A stretch of 64,000 nucleotides of DNA from Candidatus Anstonellales archaeon (GCA_038890745.1 JAWAFD010000002.1:128001-192000), one strand, 5' to 3'. Shown: positions 1 through 10,284, counted from the first letter of the stretch. Notes: a model not told the origin generated them from the sequence alone. Made by a program: numbers and translations.

Positions 1-2880
1 AAGGTTGTTGTAAGAAACATTATTCTCATTTGCATATATCTGTATCTCACCATCATATATTCTGTTTCCTTCAATCCTAGTGTATTTGGCATTAGCGATG
101 GTTATTCCCTTATCTCCTGAAGCTGTTCCATTTATATCATTCTTGATAACAATATTATTCTCTGCTAGGTAGCCAGCGCCAGAAATGTATAACGTTTGTC
201 CTGTGATGTTCAAACCTTCCACGATATTATTATCAGAATCCCTGTATATGTGAACTGAGCTACCGGTTGTCCCGGTTATTAAGGAGTTTTCAATTTTATT
301 ATTGGATGAGAAATCAACCATTACCCCAATCTGAGCATTGCTTATAGTATAGTTCGATATGTTGTTTTCATTGCTTCTCAAGAGATAGGTCATGCTGTAA
401 AGGTTGTTTCCGGTGTTTTCATAAAATTCGTTCCTGTTGCTCAGCACAGCAAGAATCCCCATTTCCCCTTCGTTCCCGTTCATCTCAACATTTCTTACTA
501 TAGAGTTATTCACGTCGCAGAGAATCAACTCAGATGCATCATTTATGTTTTCTATAATTATTCCCTCAACATTATAGTACCTCACCATCTCATCTTCATG
601 TGTGACATTGCTAAAGTTTATTCCTCCGCAAAGTGTTGGGTCTGTAAAATCCAAGAATGCCGGGAAGTTTAATAGATTGTGCATTTCTGAATCGCAGAAA
701 TAGAGCTCACCGCTGTTTACTACATATATCCCGTATGCTGAATTCTTTATTTCATTTCTGCAAACCGTCCCATTCTTTGCGTTCAGAAATCTTATCCCAT
801 ACATAACATCGGTTATGTTGTTGTCCAATATTTCGAACTTTGTAGTGCTTCCATATGCAGAAGCAGTTATGTACACTCCCGCCCTTTCCAGCAATCCGGT
901 TCCAAAAACCTCATTTTCATATACTGAAAATTCTGTTGAATAATCCGCGCTTCCGTATGCGGATGAAAAAATAATCCCGCTTCCTGGTGTACTTATTCTA
1001 TTTCTGTAAACAGAGATATCCTTTCCACCGTAAAAGTTTATTGCACCATTGTTTATGTCGTAGCCGGTATCTGTTAAGTTGTTATGTTTTACTTCTGTAT
1101 GGTTAGCATAGCTTACTGATATACCCTTCTGGGTGAAATCAGAGAGTAGGTTGCTTTCTATATTTCCATACAGAATGTTGTCTATCTGGACTCCGTCCCG
1201 CCCACTTCTGAAATCTGAGCCATAAATATCAACATTCTTAGAATAACCGCGCATCCATACCGAAGCACCGGCGTTCTCAACCCTGCTTTGATTCAAAACA
1301 AAGCCATCAACATTGGTTGTGTATATACCAGTACTGGTGTATGTCCAGTCAACAAGCTCGAATGTTGGAATGGAAGAATCGGGAATTGTTGTAATGTTTG
1401 CCTTATAAATATATATGCTGTTCGAGTTTTGAATGTTCATTCCTTCAATACGCGCATCCGTGATGGCAAAATCCTCAAAATAAACCCCATCACTTCCAAC
1501 AACTTTTACAGGAATGTATGCATTGGAAATGTTTATCCTTCTTCCATCCACGCTATCAGAGTAATAAGAGAAAAGCGCATGCTTAATCTCCATATCTGCA
1601 AGTGTTGCGGTTGAAACATCGCACATAAAAATCTGCGAGTATGTTCCGGAAGGAGGAGAGAATCCTCCGGATGTTGTGTAAACAACCTCATTTCCATCAA
1701 CAGTATAGTTTGAAACTGAGATTTCCCCGCATCCAGAACCAGAGACATCCAGCCCTATCGGATACCGGGCTATGTTACTTCCATTCAAATTCTCTACATA
1801 AACATCCCTGTCTAAAGTTCCGTAGAATCCGTATGTTGAATCAGTTATTTCCCCATTAAGAAAATCAATGCTTTCATATCTGGGAAGCATAAAGATCGCA
1901 GCGCCTGCATTCCTTATTTTAAATTCATCAAAAGTGATGTTTGCTGTTCCGTTTCCTAAGATGTTTATTCCTCCCTTGACCATCGTAATGTTCCTGAATC
2001 TTGCGTTGCTTACGTTGAACAAAACAATCTCGGAGGTTTTGTTGTTTTCAAAAAGAGTATCCTGCTGATCTATAAAAACTAAAATTGGGTCTCCATCCTC
2101 ATTCTCATTCCCCGCGTAGTCATTGTTTTTTCCGTTCGCTTCAAAGTAAATATGCACAAGCCCGGAATCAACAAAAGTATTTTCTGTAATACTGTTGTTT
2201 TCAGAATTGACCACGGCTATCCCATACCAATGGGAATGCTCTATGGTGTTTCCTGTAATCGTGTTGTTTGAGCTATCGTAGATAGCTATCCCATTTCTGT
2301 ATGCATTGTATAGATAATTATTTTTTATTTCATTGTTGTTCGAGTTAGAAAAAAGCACTACGCATGCAGAGCTTGCATCGTATTCACCATTATAGGCGCA
2401 GGAAATACTACATCTTGAGTTTTCTATCAGCGATTCTGTTGTGTTGATAAACATAATAGCTGTTCCTGCAGACCCGCATCCTCTACTGTAGTTCACTTCT
2501 ATAAAAGAGATATTCCGTGAATCCCTCACATATATCGCGTTCATTGAAACTGTTGATGTGGCTAGGTTTTTTATTTTTGAATTTTGCGAATTTACTATAT
2601 AAATTCCTCCATTAGTGCTATGCGTACTCCCATTTTCAACCAATACACCAGATGTATCTGTTATTACTATTCCCCATCCTCCGTACCCCTGAACATTGTA
2701 TCCATTGAGGTTGAATGTTATGTTTTCACCAGTAATCCTTATGCAGTTCCCACCGTATATGTTATTTTGAAGAACGTAGTATTCGTTTGGGATGTTCAGT
2801 TCCATGCAGCCTGTTACCGGTGTTAAAGAAAATACGATTCCGAACAGAATAGAGAATGTAAAAATGATTTTCGCATTCAT
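1..2880 (-). CDS. Large secreted right-handed beta-helix (NosD/CASH-like) surface protein, 3'-truncated by window edge
   Basis: Not in the ORF track. Manual translation from ATG 2880 (MNAKIIFTFSILFGIVFSLTPVTGCMELNIPNEYYVLQNNI...) stays open to base 1; signal peptide; repeated GIxIxxSxNNxIxxNxI motifs. Confidence 0.8.
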   Translation of the reverse strand, partial: MNAKIIFTFSILFGIVFSLTPVTGCMELNIPNEYYVLQNNIYGGNCIRITGENITFNLNGYNVQGYGGWGIVITDTSGVLVENGSTHSTNGGIYIVNSQNSKIKNLATSTVSMNAIYVRDSRNISFIEVNYSRGCGSAGTAIMFINTTESLIENSRCSISCAYNGEYDASSACVVLFSNSNNNEIKNNYLYNAYRNGIAIYDSSNNTITGNTIEHSHWYGIAVVNSENNSITENTFVDSGLVHIYFEANGKNNDYAGNENEDGDPILVFIDQQDTLFENNKTSEIVLFNVSNARFRNITMVKGGINILGNGTANITFDEFKIRNAGAAIFMLPRYESIDFLNGEITDSTYGFYGTLDRDVYVENLNGSNIARYPIGLDVSGSGCGEISVSNYTVDGNEVVYTTSGGFSPPSGTYSQIFMCDVSTATLADMEIKHALFSYYSDSVDGRRINISNAYIPVKVVGSDGVYFEDFAITDARIEGMNIQNSNSIYIYKANITTIPDSSIPTFELVDWTYTSTGIYTTNVDGFVLNQSRVENAGASVWMRGYSKNVDIYGSDFRSGRDGVQIDNILYGNIESNLLSDFTQKGISVSYANHTEVKHNNLTDTGYDINNGAINFYGGKDISVYRNRISTPGSGIIFSSAYGSADYSTEFSVYENEVFGTGLLERAGVYITASAYGSTTKFEILDNNITDVMYGIRFLNAKNGTVCRNEIKNSAYGIYVVNSGELYFCDSEMHNLLNFPAFLDFTDPTLCGGINFSNVTHEDEMVRYYNVEGIIIENINDASELILCDVNNSIVRNVEMNGNEGEMGILAVLSNRNEFYENTGNNLYSMTYLLRSNENNISNYTISNAQIGVMVDFSSNNKIENSLITGTTGSSVHIYRDSDNNIVEGLNITGQTLYISGAGYLAENNIVIKNDINGTASGDKGITIANAKYTRIEGNRIYDGEIQIYANENNVSYNNL

Positions 2881-2913
2881 GGAGACCACAGAAAAAATTA
2901 TACAAAAACCTTT

Positions 2914-3627
2914 TTAAACCAATTCAAAATACACCCGTCTATTATCCTTTCCTTTGTTCTCTAATTTTATTATTCTTATCTTTCCGACCTCCTTCAAATT
3001 TTTAACATGCGTTCCACCATCTGCTTGAATATCAACACCAGCGATCTCAACTATTCTAAGAGGGTCTATGTTTGGGGGGAGGGCGCCGGCAAGCTTTACC
3101 ATCTCAGGGTTTTTCATGGCTTCTGCTCTCGGCATATAGTATGTTTTAACTTCTATGTTTTTTCCTAAGATTTCGTTTGCTTCTGCAACTGCCCTTTCAA
3201 AAGTTTCCCTGTCAAAATTTTCAAGATTGAAATCAAACCTACTCTTATCAACATCCAACTGGTTTCCTGTTATTTTTGCATTATATTTTTTGTAAAGCAC
3301 ACCGCCGGCGAGAACGTGCGCTGCGGTATGCATCCTCATTAACTTATACCTTCTATCCCAATCCAAAATACATTTTACCTCCTCCCCTTCCTTCAGCCCT
3401 TCTCCATCAACCTCATGGCTTATTTTTCCTTCGAATTTTCCTACAAAAACTACCCTAAACTCCTTTCCATCACTTTTCCTTATTATTTTTCCAGTATCAT
3501 GCGGCTGCCCACCGCCATTCGGATAGAAGATTGTTCTGTTCAAAACAACATATTTCCCGTCCTTAACGCTCTCAACTTTCGCATCGCATTCTTTCAAATA
3601 ACTATCCTCTAAGTATAGAGCTTCCAT
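2914..3627 (-). CDS. alaX: Alanyl-tRNA editing protein AlaX (AlaXM-type)
   Basis: LYLEDSY, TIFYPNGGGQPHDTG, MRMHTAAH, ADGGTHV editing-domain motifs. Confidence 0.93.
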   Translation of the reverse strand: MEALYLEDSYLKECDAKVESVKDGKYVVLNRTIFYPNGGGQPHDTGKIIRKSDGKEFRVVFVGKFEGKISHEVDGEGLKEGEEVKCILDWDRRYKLMRMHTAAHVLAGGVLYKKYNAKITGNQLDVDKSRFDFNLENFDRETFERAVAEANEILGKNIEVKTYYMPRAEAMKNPEMVKLAGALPPNIDPLRIVEIAGVDIQADGGTHVKNLKEVGKIRIIKLENKGKDNRRVYFELV

Positions 3628-3696
3628 ACGATCACAGAATTCTGATTATGAATAGGTTTAAAAAAAGTTTCAGTTAGTTTAAGATGGGGTGAGAGG

Positions 3697-4002
3697 ATGG
3701 ATGTTTTGATAGCAACATTTGCGAGAATAGAAGAATCAACCGGAAGAAAAGAGGGAATCCTTGTTTTGACAAAAGAGGAAATAAGCTTCTTTGTAAAGGA
3801 TAAAAAAGACCTTGCAAGGGAAAGGGTAATCCCACTCAGGGCGATAAAAGAATACAAGATAGAAGAAAAAAGGCAGCTGCTTGGCAAGAAGCCAGTTCTT
3901 GTTCTTGAGTATGATGCGGATGAGATAGCAAAGATCGTTGCTATAGAAACATTACAGGTTTATGAGATTGCAAGCTATCTGAAGAAAAAGGCGAGAGGGT
4001 GA
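3697..4002 (+). CDS. Hypothetical protein, PH-like fold possible
   Basis: GAGAGG before ATG; GILVLTKEEISF...C-terminal helix pattern. Confidence 0.6.
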   Translation: MDVLIATFARIEESTGRKEGILVLTKEEISFFVKDKKDLARERVIPLRAIKEYKIEEKRQLLGKKPVLVLEYDADEIAKIVAIETLQVYEIASYLKKKARG

Positions 4003-4919
4003 GGGGATACTTAAGCTTTCTTCTTGTTGTAAGCTTCCTTACCATCTCCCTTAATTTTGTGCATTCCTTCCTTTATTACAAGGGGTTTTCTCAGGATAAA
4101 GCACTAATGATGGAGAGGGCATACCAGGCTGAGCTGGATTATAAAGCACTCACGAAAGCGTATGCTAGTGGTGCCACGATCGCGGCTACAAGTTTGTACA
4201 TCGTGCAGGTTACGGAAAAATCAGCATTAGAAGCAACCGAGGAGTCTTTGGAGTGCTTGGAGGGAGCCCCTGCCTGTTTTGCTGCAATCTTTCCTGTTAA
4301 GTTTGTGAGCAATTTCAAAATCGATGAGCTGAAATCCTACATAAAAAAATCCGTTGCGTTTTCAACAGCCCTTGTGTGGATTAATGCGATGGAGGGGTTG
4401 GAGGAAAGGGGGTTTAAGGTTTTTCCTTGGTGCGGGCAGGTGAGCAAATTCCAGCTTAAAGAAACAGCTAAGAATGCCGGAAATGCAAAAAGCCACCATC
4501 CATTTCCAGTACCAGCTGGCGCGGTAACTGGGTGGGGAAGCGATGCCCCCCATCTTACAAATTACTTGGAGTGCGAGGATGGGGTTGATGTTGAGGTAAG
4601 CTTTGACCCTGAAAAAGTAAAGAATCTTAAAATCAGCGGCAAAAACGATGTTGAGAGGTATGCAACAGATTTTACAAAGCTTCTCTCCATAGATGTTTAC
4701 TTAGGTTCTGGAGGATTTGGAGGGGGGAAGCTTTTTGGATATACCATATATGAGCCTTATTATAGTTATGGGAAAGCAACCTACTATCCTAGGGAGGATG
4801 TGATTCATATAGGGATGAAAGAGATTGTTGATAATAATATTGAATGGGGGGATGTTTTTGAGGAAGGGATTGGAAAGACCGGGGTTGATATGGAAAAGAT
4901 TGTAAATTCTACGAGGTGA
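3999..4919 (+). CDS. Pilin-like/membrane-anchored protein
   Basis: MRG/YLSFLLVV class III-like N-terminus; overlaps upstream stop (GTGA). Confidence 0.55.
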   Translation: MRGYLSFLLVVSFLTISLNFVHSFLYYKGFSQDKALMMERAYQAELDYKALTKAYASGATIAATSLYIVQVTEKSALEATEESLECLEGAPACFAAIFPVKFVSNFKIDELKSYIKKSVAFSTALVWINAMEGLEERGFKVFPWCGQVSKFQLKETAKNAGNAKSHHPFPVPAGAVTGWGSDAPHLTNYLECEDGVDVEVSFDPEKVKNLKISGKNDVERYATDFTKLLSIDVYLGSGGFGGGKLFGYTIYEPYYSYGKATYYPREDVIHIGMKEIVDNNIEWGDVFEEGIGKTGVDMEKIVNSTR

Positions 4920-4923
4920 GAGG

Positions 4924-5247
4924 ATGGGGCTTGTGAGCATTGAGTTTATGCTTGATTTTCTCATAATCCTCACCGTAATCGCCATGCTCCTCTCAACGGC
5001 TGTTTATTTTCAGGTAGCATCTGAAAAAACATTGCAATTCGCTATTCTTAAAGCAGAGAGCGAGAATAAAGCAAGATTAATAGATAGCTTTGTCCTTTCA
5101 GGATATTCTGGCGGAATATACGCGCAGGATAAACTCTTCGGTGAACCTTATTTTATCGAGCAGGGAAAGGTATACTCTTTCAGAAACGGAACAAAGGTTG
5201 AGATTCCGACAATTGTAAAGGGTGCTTGGAATGTCCAGCCGGTGTAG
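4924..5247 (+). CDS. Type IV pilin-like protein
   Basis: MG/LVSIEF followed by hydrophobic helix (E at +5). Confidence 0.65.
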   Translation: MGLVSIEFMLDFLIILTVIAMLLSTAVYFQVASEKTLQFAILKAESENKARLIDSFVLSGYSGGIYAQDKLFGEPYFIEQGKVYSFRNGTKVEIPTIVKGAWNVQPV

Positions 5248-5635
5248 AGGGTTTATTTCAATAGACCTCATGCTTTCGATTGTGCCAATAGTGCTCATGC
5301 TTCTTTTTTATGTTCAATATTCTGTGTACTATACGCATAGAACTGTTGAGGTTATGGAAAGGCAATCAACATTCAACAAGCTCGTAACCATTGCGGACTA
5401 TGTTGTAAAGATGAGGGCGAAAACAGTTTCAGATGAGGTTGGAAACCCACAGGCTGTTTATCCGAACTGGCTGGATGAGGATAGCTTGGGGTTTGATGTT
5501 AAAAAAATGCAGGAGGATGCAGGGCTGGATAAGCTTTCCATCGGGTTTAGCAAAGGGGACGGGATATGCATATACAGGATAGTTGTTTACGGAGAGGATA
5601 AGGAGATAAGAAGGTTGTTTGTTTGCGGTGAGTAG
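5231..5635 (+). CDS. Type IV pilin-like protein
   Basis: RG/FISID followed by hydrophobic helix (class III signal). Confidence 0.65.
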   Translation: MSSRCRGFISIDLMLSIVPIVLMLLFYVQYSVYYTHRTVEVMERQSTFNKLVTIADYVVKMRAKTVSDEVGNPQAVYPNWLDEDSLGFDVKKMQEDAGLDKLSIGFSKGDGICIYRIVVYGEDKEIRRLFVCGE

Positions 5636-5956
5636 ATGCATACGCTTGAAGCGGTTTTCTCTTTGATCGTGCTCGTTAGTTTTTCCATGATGCTTACGCT
5701 CGGTGCGGATGCACCCACAGACTACACTCTGTATCAGTATCAACTGGCTAACGATGTGTGGAGGGTTCTTTATCTTAAGCATGGGGTTGCCCTTCTTTAC
5801 AACCCTTCCATTGCTGCGGAGGACATGGAAAGGATAACGAGCGAGACAGGTTTGTGCATCCAATCTGATTTTTACACAACCTGCGAGGTTGAGGAAGGGA
5901 TAACGATTAAAAAACCAACCGTTCTTGGTAATGTTGAAATAAAGGTGGGTGTGTAG
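5636..5956 (+). CDS. Pilin-like protein
   Basis: MHTLEAVFSLIVLV: acidic residue at +5 then hydrophobic helix. Confidence 0.55.
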   Translation: MHTLEAVFSLIVLVSFSMMLTLGADAPTDYTLYQYQLANDVWRVLYLKHGVALLYNPSIAAEDMERITSETGLCIQSDFYTTCEVEEGITIKKPTVLGNVEIKVGV

Positions 5957-5957
5957 T

Positions 5958-7121
5958 ATGATTGCTAAAAGAACAGAATATGTTGAGTATGCAATAAGGG
6001 ATATAGTAATGGAGGCAAAGAAGCTTGAGAAAGAAGGAAAAAAGCTGCTGTACTTCAACATAGGCGACCCTGTCCCGTACGGTTTTTCTCCACCTGAGCA
6101 TGTCATGAAAGCCCTTTCCGAAGCAGCTTTAAATCCTAAAATAAAAGGGTATGCTCCCTCAAAAGGAGACCCAGAGCTTTTGAAAGCAGTTGCCGAGATG
6201 CACAAAACAGAGGAGGAGAATGTTTTCATAACAACAGGTTTAAGCGAGGCAATAGATTTCCTGTATTTTTCTCTAACAGAAAAAAGCGAGTACATCCTTC
6301 TTGAAGACCCGGCTTACCCGCTCTATCTTACAAAAGCAAGGGTTTACAGCAGGGGCCCTCTGCTCGCTGATTATACGAACGAGGATGATATTCGGAAAAA
6401 AATAAAAAACAAAAAAATAAAGGCAATTGTAATAATAAGCCCAAACAACCCAACGGGCCGGGTGTATACCGAGAAGGAGCTCAAAGTGTTGGTGGATATT
6501 GCGGGTGAGGTGAAGGCACCGATTTTTTACGATGGCGCTTATGATATGCTTTCCTTTGTCCCCCTTCCTGATTTCAAAAGGATTGCAAAGGATGTTCCGT
6601 TTATTTATGGGCAGAGCGTTTCAAAAAATTTCATCTTTCCAGGCGCGCGCGTTGGATGGGTTGTTTTTCACGGAGAACTTGGGAAGCTGAAAAACTCATT
6701 CGAAAAACTCTGCAACCAGAGACTTTCCATAAGCGCGGAAATGCAGAAGGCAGCTGTCGCAGCCGTAAGAGGGCCAAAGGACCATGTTGAAGAGTTTAAG
6801 AAGGAGCTTTTGAAAAGAAGGGATGCGATGGCAAGGGTTATTGAAGACAATCCGGTTCTTTCAGCAGAAAAACCAAACGGTGCATTTTATTATTGGATAA
6901 AGTTTGATGCAAAAATGGATGACTGGGAGTTTGTGAGAAAACTCATGAAAGAGGAGGGGATTGTTTCTGTTCCTGGCTCTGCGTTCGGCTCTTCAAAAAA
7001 GCATTTCCGTGTTGTTTATCTCCCAACGATGGAGCAGATAGAGGAGTTTGGAAGGAGGATGGAGAGGTTTGCTAACACGTTGGAACGACCCTCACCCAGA
7101 GGAGGCGAGAAAGTTGGGTGA
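5958..7121 (+). CDS. PLP-dependent aminotransferase class I/II
   Basis: FNIGDP, ISPNNPTG, DGAY, SVSKNF..PGARVGW, PNGAFY, VPGSAFG; the C-terminus and stop lie inside the 7073-7179 element. Confidence 0.92.
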   Translation: MIAKRTEYVEYAIRDIVMEAKKLEKEGKKLLYFNIGDPVPYGFSPPEHVMKALSEAALNPKIKGYAPSKGDPELLKAVAEMHKTEEENVFITTGLSEAIDFLYFSLTEKSEYILLEDPAYPLYLTKARVYSRGPLLADYTNEDDIRKKIKNKKIKAIVIISPNNPTGRVYTEKELKVLVDIAGEVKAPIFYDGAYDMLSFVPLPDFKRIAKDVPFIYGQSVSKNFIFPGARVGWVVFHGELGKLKNSFEKLCNQRLSISAEMQKAAVAAVRGPKDHVEEFKKELLKRRDAMARVIEDNPVLSAEKPNGAFYYWIKFDAKMDDWEFVRKLMKEEGIVSVPGSAFGSSKKHFRVVYLPTMEQIEEFGRRMERFANTLERPSPRGGEKVG

Positions 7122-7698
7122 GGGCTCTGGTGCGACCCGAAGATTAGATGGGTTGGGTCGCACTCGTTCCAACGTGTTACTCGTATTTAGGTTGGGCCAT
7201 CGGCTTCCTCGGGATGAAAGAATAAGCACGCATGTAGCCCTTGTTGCTCGCGCTTTCGGTGCTGATGGAATGTACTACTCAGGACAGGAGGATAAAGGGC
7301 TTGAGGAGAGCATTAGGAAAATTTGCGAAAAATGGGGAGGAAAATTTTTTGCAAAGTATGAGAAAAATCCAATTAAATTTTTGAAAAACGCAAAGAAAAA
7401 ATTTACTCTTGTTCATCTCACGATGTACGGAATGCCGGTGCAGAAAAAAATCGCAGAAATAAAAAAACAAAAAAACATAATGGTTATTGTTGGAAGCGAA
7501 AAGGTTCCATCCGAGATCTATACTATTGCGGATTATAATGTGGCGATAGGAAGCCAGCCGCATTCGGAAGTCGGAGCGCTTGCTGTTTTTTTGCATGAAT
7601 ACTTCGAGGGAAAGGAGCTGGAAAAAAATTTTGAGGGTGCGAAAATAGAAATAGAGCCGAGCGAAAGAGGGAAAAGGCTACGGAATTTTTTTGCCTAG
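7069..7698 (+). CDS. trm56: tRNA (cytidine56-2'-O)-methyltransferase aTrm56; start either TTG 7069 or GTG 7174
   Basis: FRLGHRLPRDERISTHVALVARAFGA, VHLTMYG, IVGSEKVP, GSQPHSEV. Confidence 0.92.
   Translation: MLTRWNDPHPEEARKLGEGSGATRRLDGLGRTRSNVLLVFRLGHRLPRDERISTHVALVARAFGADGMYYSGQEDKGLEESIRKICEKWGGKFFAKYEKNPIKFLKNAKKKFTLVHLTMYGMPVQKKIAEIKKQKNIMVIVGSEKVPSEIYTIADYNVAIGSQPHSEVGALAVFLHEYFEGKELEKNFEGAKIEIEPSERGKRLRNFFA
7073..7179. mobile_element. Palindromic MITE-like insertion (105 bp plus duplicated TA)
   Basis: Perfect 16-bp inverted repeat TAACACGTTGGAACGA (7073-7088)/TCGTTCCAACGTGTTA (7164-7179); inner hairpins CCCTCACCCA/TGGGTGAGGG and GTGCGACCC/GGGTCGCAC. Confidence 0.7.
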
Positions 7699-8940
7699 CA
7701 GCCATTTCCATAATGGGATAAAGGTTATTTTCCTTCTTGTTCCAAACCATTCGCTATCTTCTCTACCTTCGTAATCATCCGTAATGACGGTCAAGTTGTT
7801 GCATCTCGTTTCTTTGCTTGCTTTTACCAGCGCTCGAACCTCTCTCCTCTTAGTTTTAGCATCATCTATGCTGTAGCATACTTGTATCAATTGTCTAATC
7901 CTTGTTCCCTGCTTTAAAACGAAATCCACCTCCTCCTGCGAAGAGGATTTCCAGTAATACAAGTTGATTTTTCCGCTCAGCTCAAGTTTTTTCAGCTCAA
8001 TGGCTACAGCATTTTCGTAGAGCTTGCCCATATCCGGACTGAGCCTGAAGGCTTTGGCATGAATAAACCCGTTATCAACGCAATATATTTTTTTGTTTGA
8101 TCCAACCTGTTCTTTGACTTTAAATGAAAACCTTGGTATTTTGAACAAAACAAATGTCTCTTCAAGATAGTTTAGGTATTTTTCAACTGTATGAATACTT
8201 TTGCATCCTGTAACCTTTGCCAAAGTGCTGTATGAAAATTCATTGGCTATGTTTGAGATGAGATAAAGGGCAAGGTCGTCCATTCCTTCTATTGAGCGTA
8301 TCTTATATCTCTTTACCACATCTTTATATATTATAGAATCAAACAATGTGGAGAGATAGGTTTTGGTGTCAAGTTTATTTATGATGGGCTCTGGATAGCC
8401 GCCGTTTCTTATGTAAGAAAATAACCTTTCCTTGATTTCGCTTTTTGTCAACTCGCTCCTCTCCATTTTAATGTATTCATTAAAAGAGAACGGGAAAATA
8501 ACAAGCGCCAGATGCCTTCCGGTAAGATGGGTTGCTAGCTCTCTACTCAACAAGTTTGAGTTGCTCCCGGTGATCACCAGATTGTAACCCTGTCTTTGAA
8601 GCCTGTTGACAAACACCTCCCATCTATCTAGGTTTTGAATCTCATCAAAGAGTAGAAGGGTGGGGTTTTGGTATACTGTCTTCACTGCGTTTATTATATC
8701 ATCATAATTCTTAACATCCAAAAGCCTTTCATCATCAAAATTCACATACCCAAACCGCCCAAGCTTTGCGATACGATGGATGGCAAAGAATGATTTTCCT
8801 GCCCTTCGTGGGCCTATTATAACCTTTATCAGGTTGCTCGTCATTCCAGGTAGTTCTGTCTCTCTTTCAATATACCGTTCGGCAAGTTTGCTCTCAAGCT
8901 CTCTTTTTTGCAGCACCACGACATCCCGCAGATTTGGCAT
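7678..8940 (-). CDS. AAA+ ATP-binding protein (AAA_14 + DUF4143)
   Basis: GPRRAGKS, FDEIQN, ITGSNS, GGYP, KKIYCVDNG, EVDFV..QVC. Confidence 0.9.
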   Translation of the reverse strand: MPNLRDVVVLQKRELESKLAERYIERETELPGMTSNLIKVIIGPRRAGKSFFAIHRIAKLGRFGYVNFDDERLLDVKNYDDIINAVKTVYQNPTLLLFDEIQNLDRWEVFVNRLQRQGYNLVITGSNSNLLSRELATHLTGRHLALVIFPFSFNEYIKMERSELTKSEIKERLFSYIRNGGYPEPIINKLDTKTYLSTLFDSIIYKDVVKRYKIRSIEGMDDLALYLISNIANEFSYSTLAKVTGCKSIHTVEKYLNYLEETFVLFKIPRFSFKVKEQVGSNKKIYCVDNGFIHAKAFRLSPDMGKLYENAVAIELKKLELSGKINLYYWKSSSQEEVDFVLKQGTRIRQLIQVCYSIDDAKTKRREVRALVKASKETRCNNLTVITDDYEGREDSEWFGTRRKITFIPLWKWLLGKKIP

Positions 8941-9058
8941 ATTCCTATTTATAATGCACAAAAGTTTAAAAATTTTTGCATTTTAATGCAAAAATAACTG
9001 AAAAATCCCAATACCGGGCTACATTATTTAAAAACACTTTCCTTTTAACTTAGAGCGG

Positions 9059-10276
9059 GTGAGAACCATGCATGAAATAAGCCAGATGGTTTCTTCCTTG
9101 GAGCAGCAGCTCTTGTCTGAATTAAAGGATTTGGAGGAAAAAAACCTGTTGTGGAACCCGAGAACACTTGAGAGTGCCTCAACCCCTTGGAGCATCGTTG
9201 ATGGAAAAAAGGTTTTGATGTTCTGCTCAAACAATTATCTAGGGTTGAGCAACCATCCAAGAGTAAAGAGGGCTGCGAGGGAGGCGCTGAAAAAATACGG
9301 GGCAGGAAGCGGGTCTGTAAGGGCGATTGCCGGAAACATGGATTTGCATCTAAAACTTGAAGAAACGATCGCAAGGTTTAAGCACACAGAGGATGCAATA
9401 TATTACAATACTGGTTTTACTGCAAACTCAGGGGCCATTCCTGCGCTCGCAGGAGAAGGGGATTTGATAATTTCGGATGAGCTTAACCATGGTTCTATAA
9501 TTGATGGGGTAAGGTTGACAAAAGCAGAGAGGGCAATCTTCAAACACAGGAATATGGATGATTTGAAAAGGATTCTTGAGGAGAGTCAAGCAAAGAATTA
9601 CAGAAGGAAATGGATAATTACAGATGGCGTTTTCTCCATGGATGGGGATATTGCACCGTTGGACAAAATTTCCCGGCTTGCGAACGAATACGGTGCGCAT
9701 GTTTATGTTGATGATGCGCATGGAGATGGTGTTCTTGGAGACCATGGAAGAGGGATAGTAAGCCATTTTGGGCTGGAAGGAAAGATAGAAATAGAGATGG
9801 GAACTTTTTCAAAAGCATTTGGGGTAATGGGCGGGTTTATCGCGACAACAAAAACAATAAAGAAATATCTTCTGAACAAATCCAGAACATACTTGCTAAC
9901 AGCCTCCCATCCGCCAGCTGTCGTTGCTGCATGCATAGCTGCTTTGGAGGTTCTTGAAGAGAGCGATAAGCTGGTGAGGAAGTTGTGGAGAAACACAAAG
10001 TATTTCAAAAAGAAAGCAAAAAAATTGGGGTTTGATATAGGGGAGAGCGAAACGCCAATTACTCCAATAATGACTTATGATGAGGGAAAGGCTAGAGAGA
10101 TGAGCGCCAGGTTATGGGATGAAGGCGTGTATGCTCTTCCGATTGTCTATCCGATGGTTGCAAAGGGAAAGGCAAGGATAAGAACCATGGTGAGGGCTGA
10201 TTTCAAAAAAGCTGATTTGGATTTTGCTCTTGAAAAATTCGAGAAGGTTGGAAAGGAACTTAAAATTATCCAGTAG
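9059..10276 (+). CDS. kbl: Glycine C-acetyltransferase (AOS family)
   Basis: FCSNNYLGL, SDELNHGSIIDG, DGVFSMDGD, VDDAHG, GTFSKAFG; adjacent to Thr dehydrogenase. Confidence 0.88.
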   Translation: MRTMHEISQMVSSLEQQLLSELKDLEEKNLLWNPRTLESASTPWSIVDGKKVLMFCSNNYLGLSNHPRVKRAAREALKKYGAGSGSVRAIAGNMDLHLKLEETIARFKHTEDAIYYNTGFTANSGAIPALAGEGDLIISDELNHGSIIDGVRLTKAERAIFKHRNMDDLKRILEESQAKNYRRKWIITDGVFSMDGDIAPLDKISRLANEYGAHVYVDDAHGDGVLGDHGRGIVSHFGLEGKIEIEMGTFSKAFGVMGGFIATTKTIKKYLLNKSRTYLLTASHPPAVVAACIAALEVLEESDKLVRKLWRNTKYFKKKAKKLGFDIGESETPITPIMTYDEGKAREMSARLWDEGVYALPIVYPMVAKGKARIRTMVRADFKKADLDFALEKFEKVGKELKIIQ

Positions 10277-10284
10277 GTGAGAGA

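Noticed and set aside
1288..2826. Several short + strand ORFs in the track
   Set aside because: Shadows of the long - strand beta-helix gene 1-2880
7073..7179. BHB-type mRNA intron in trm56
   Set aside because: I could not build a bulge-helix-bulge at the base of the stem on either strand; a TA duplication explains the junction better
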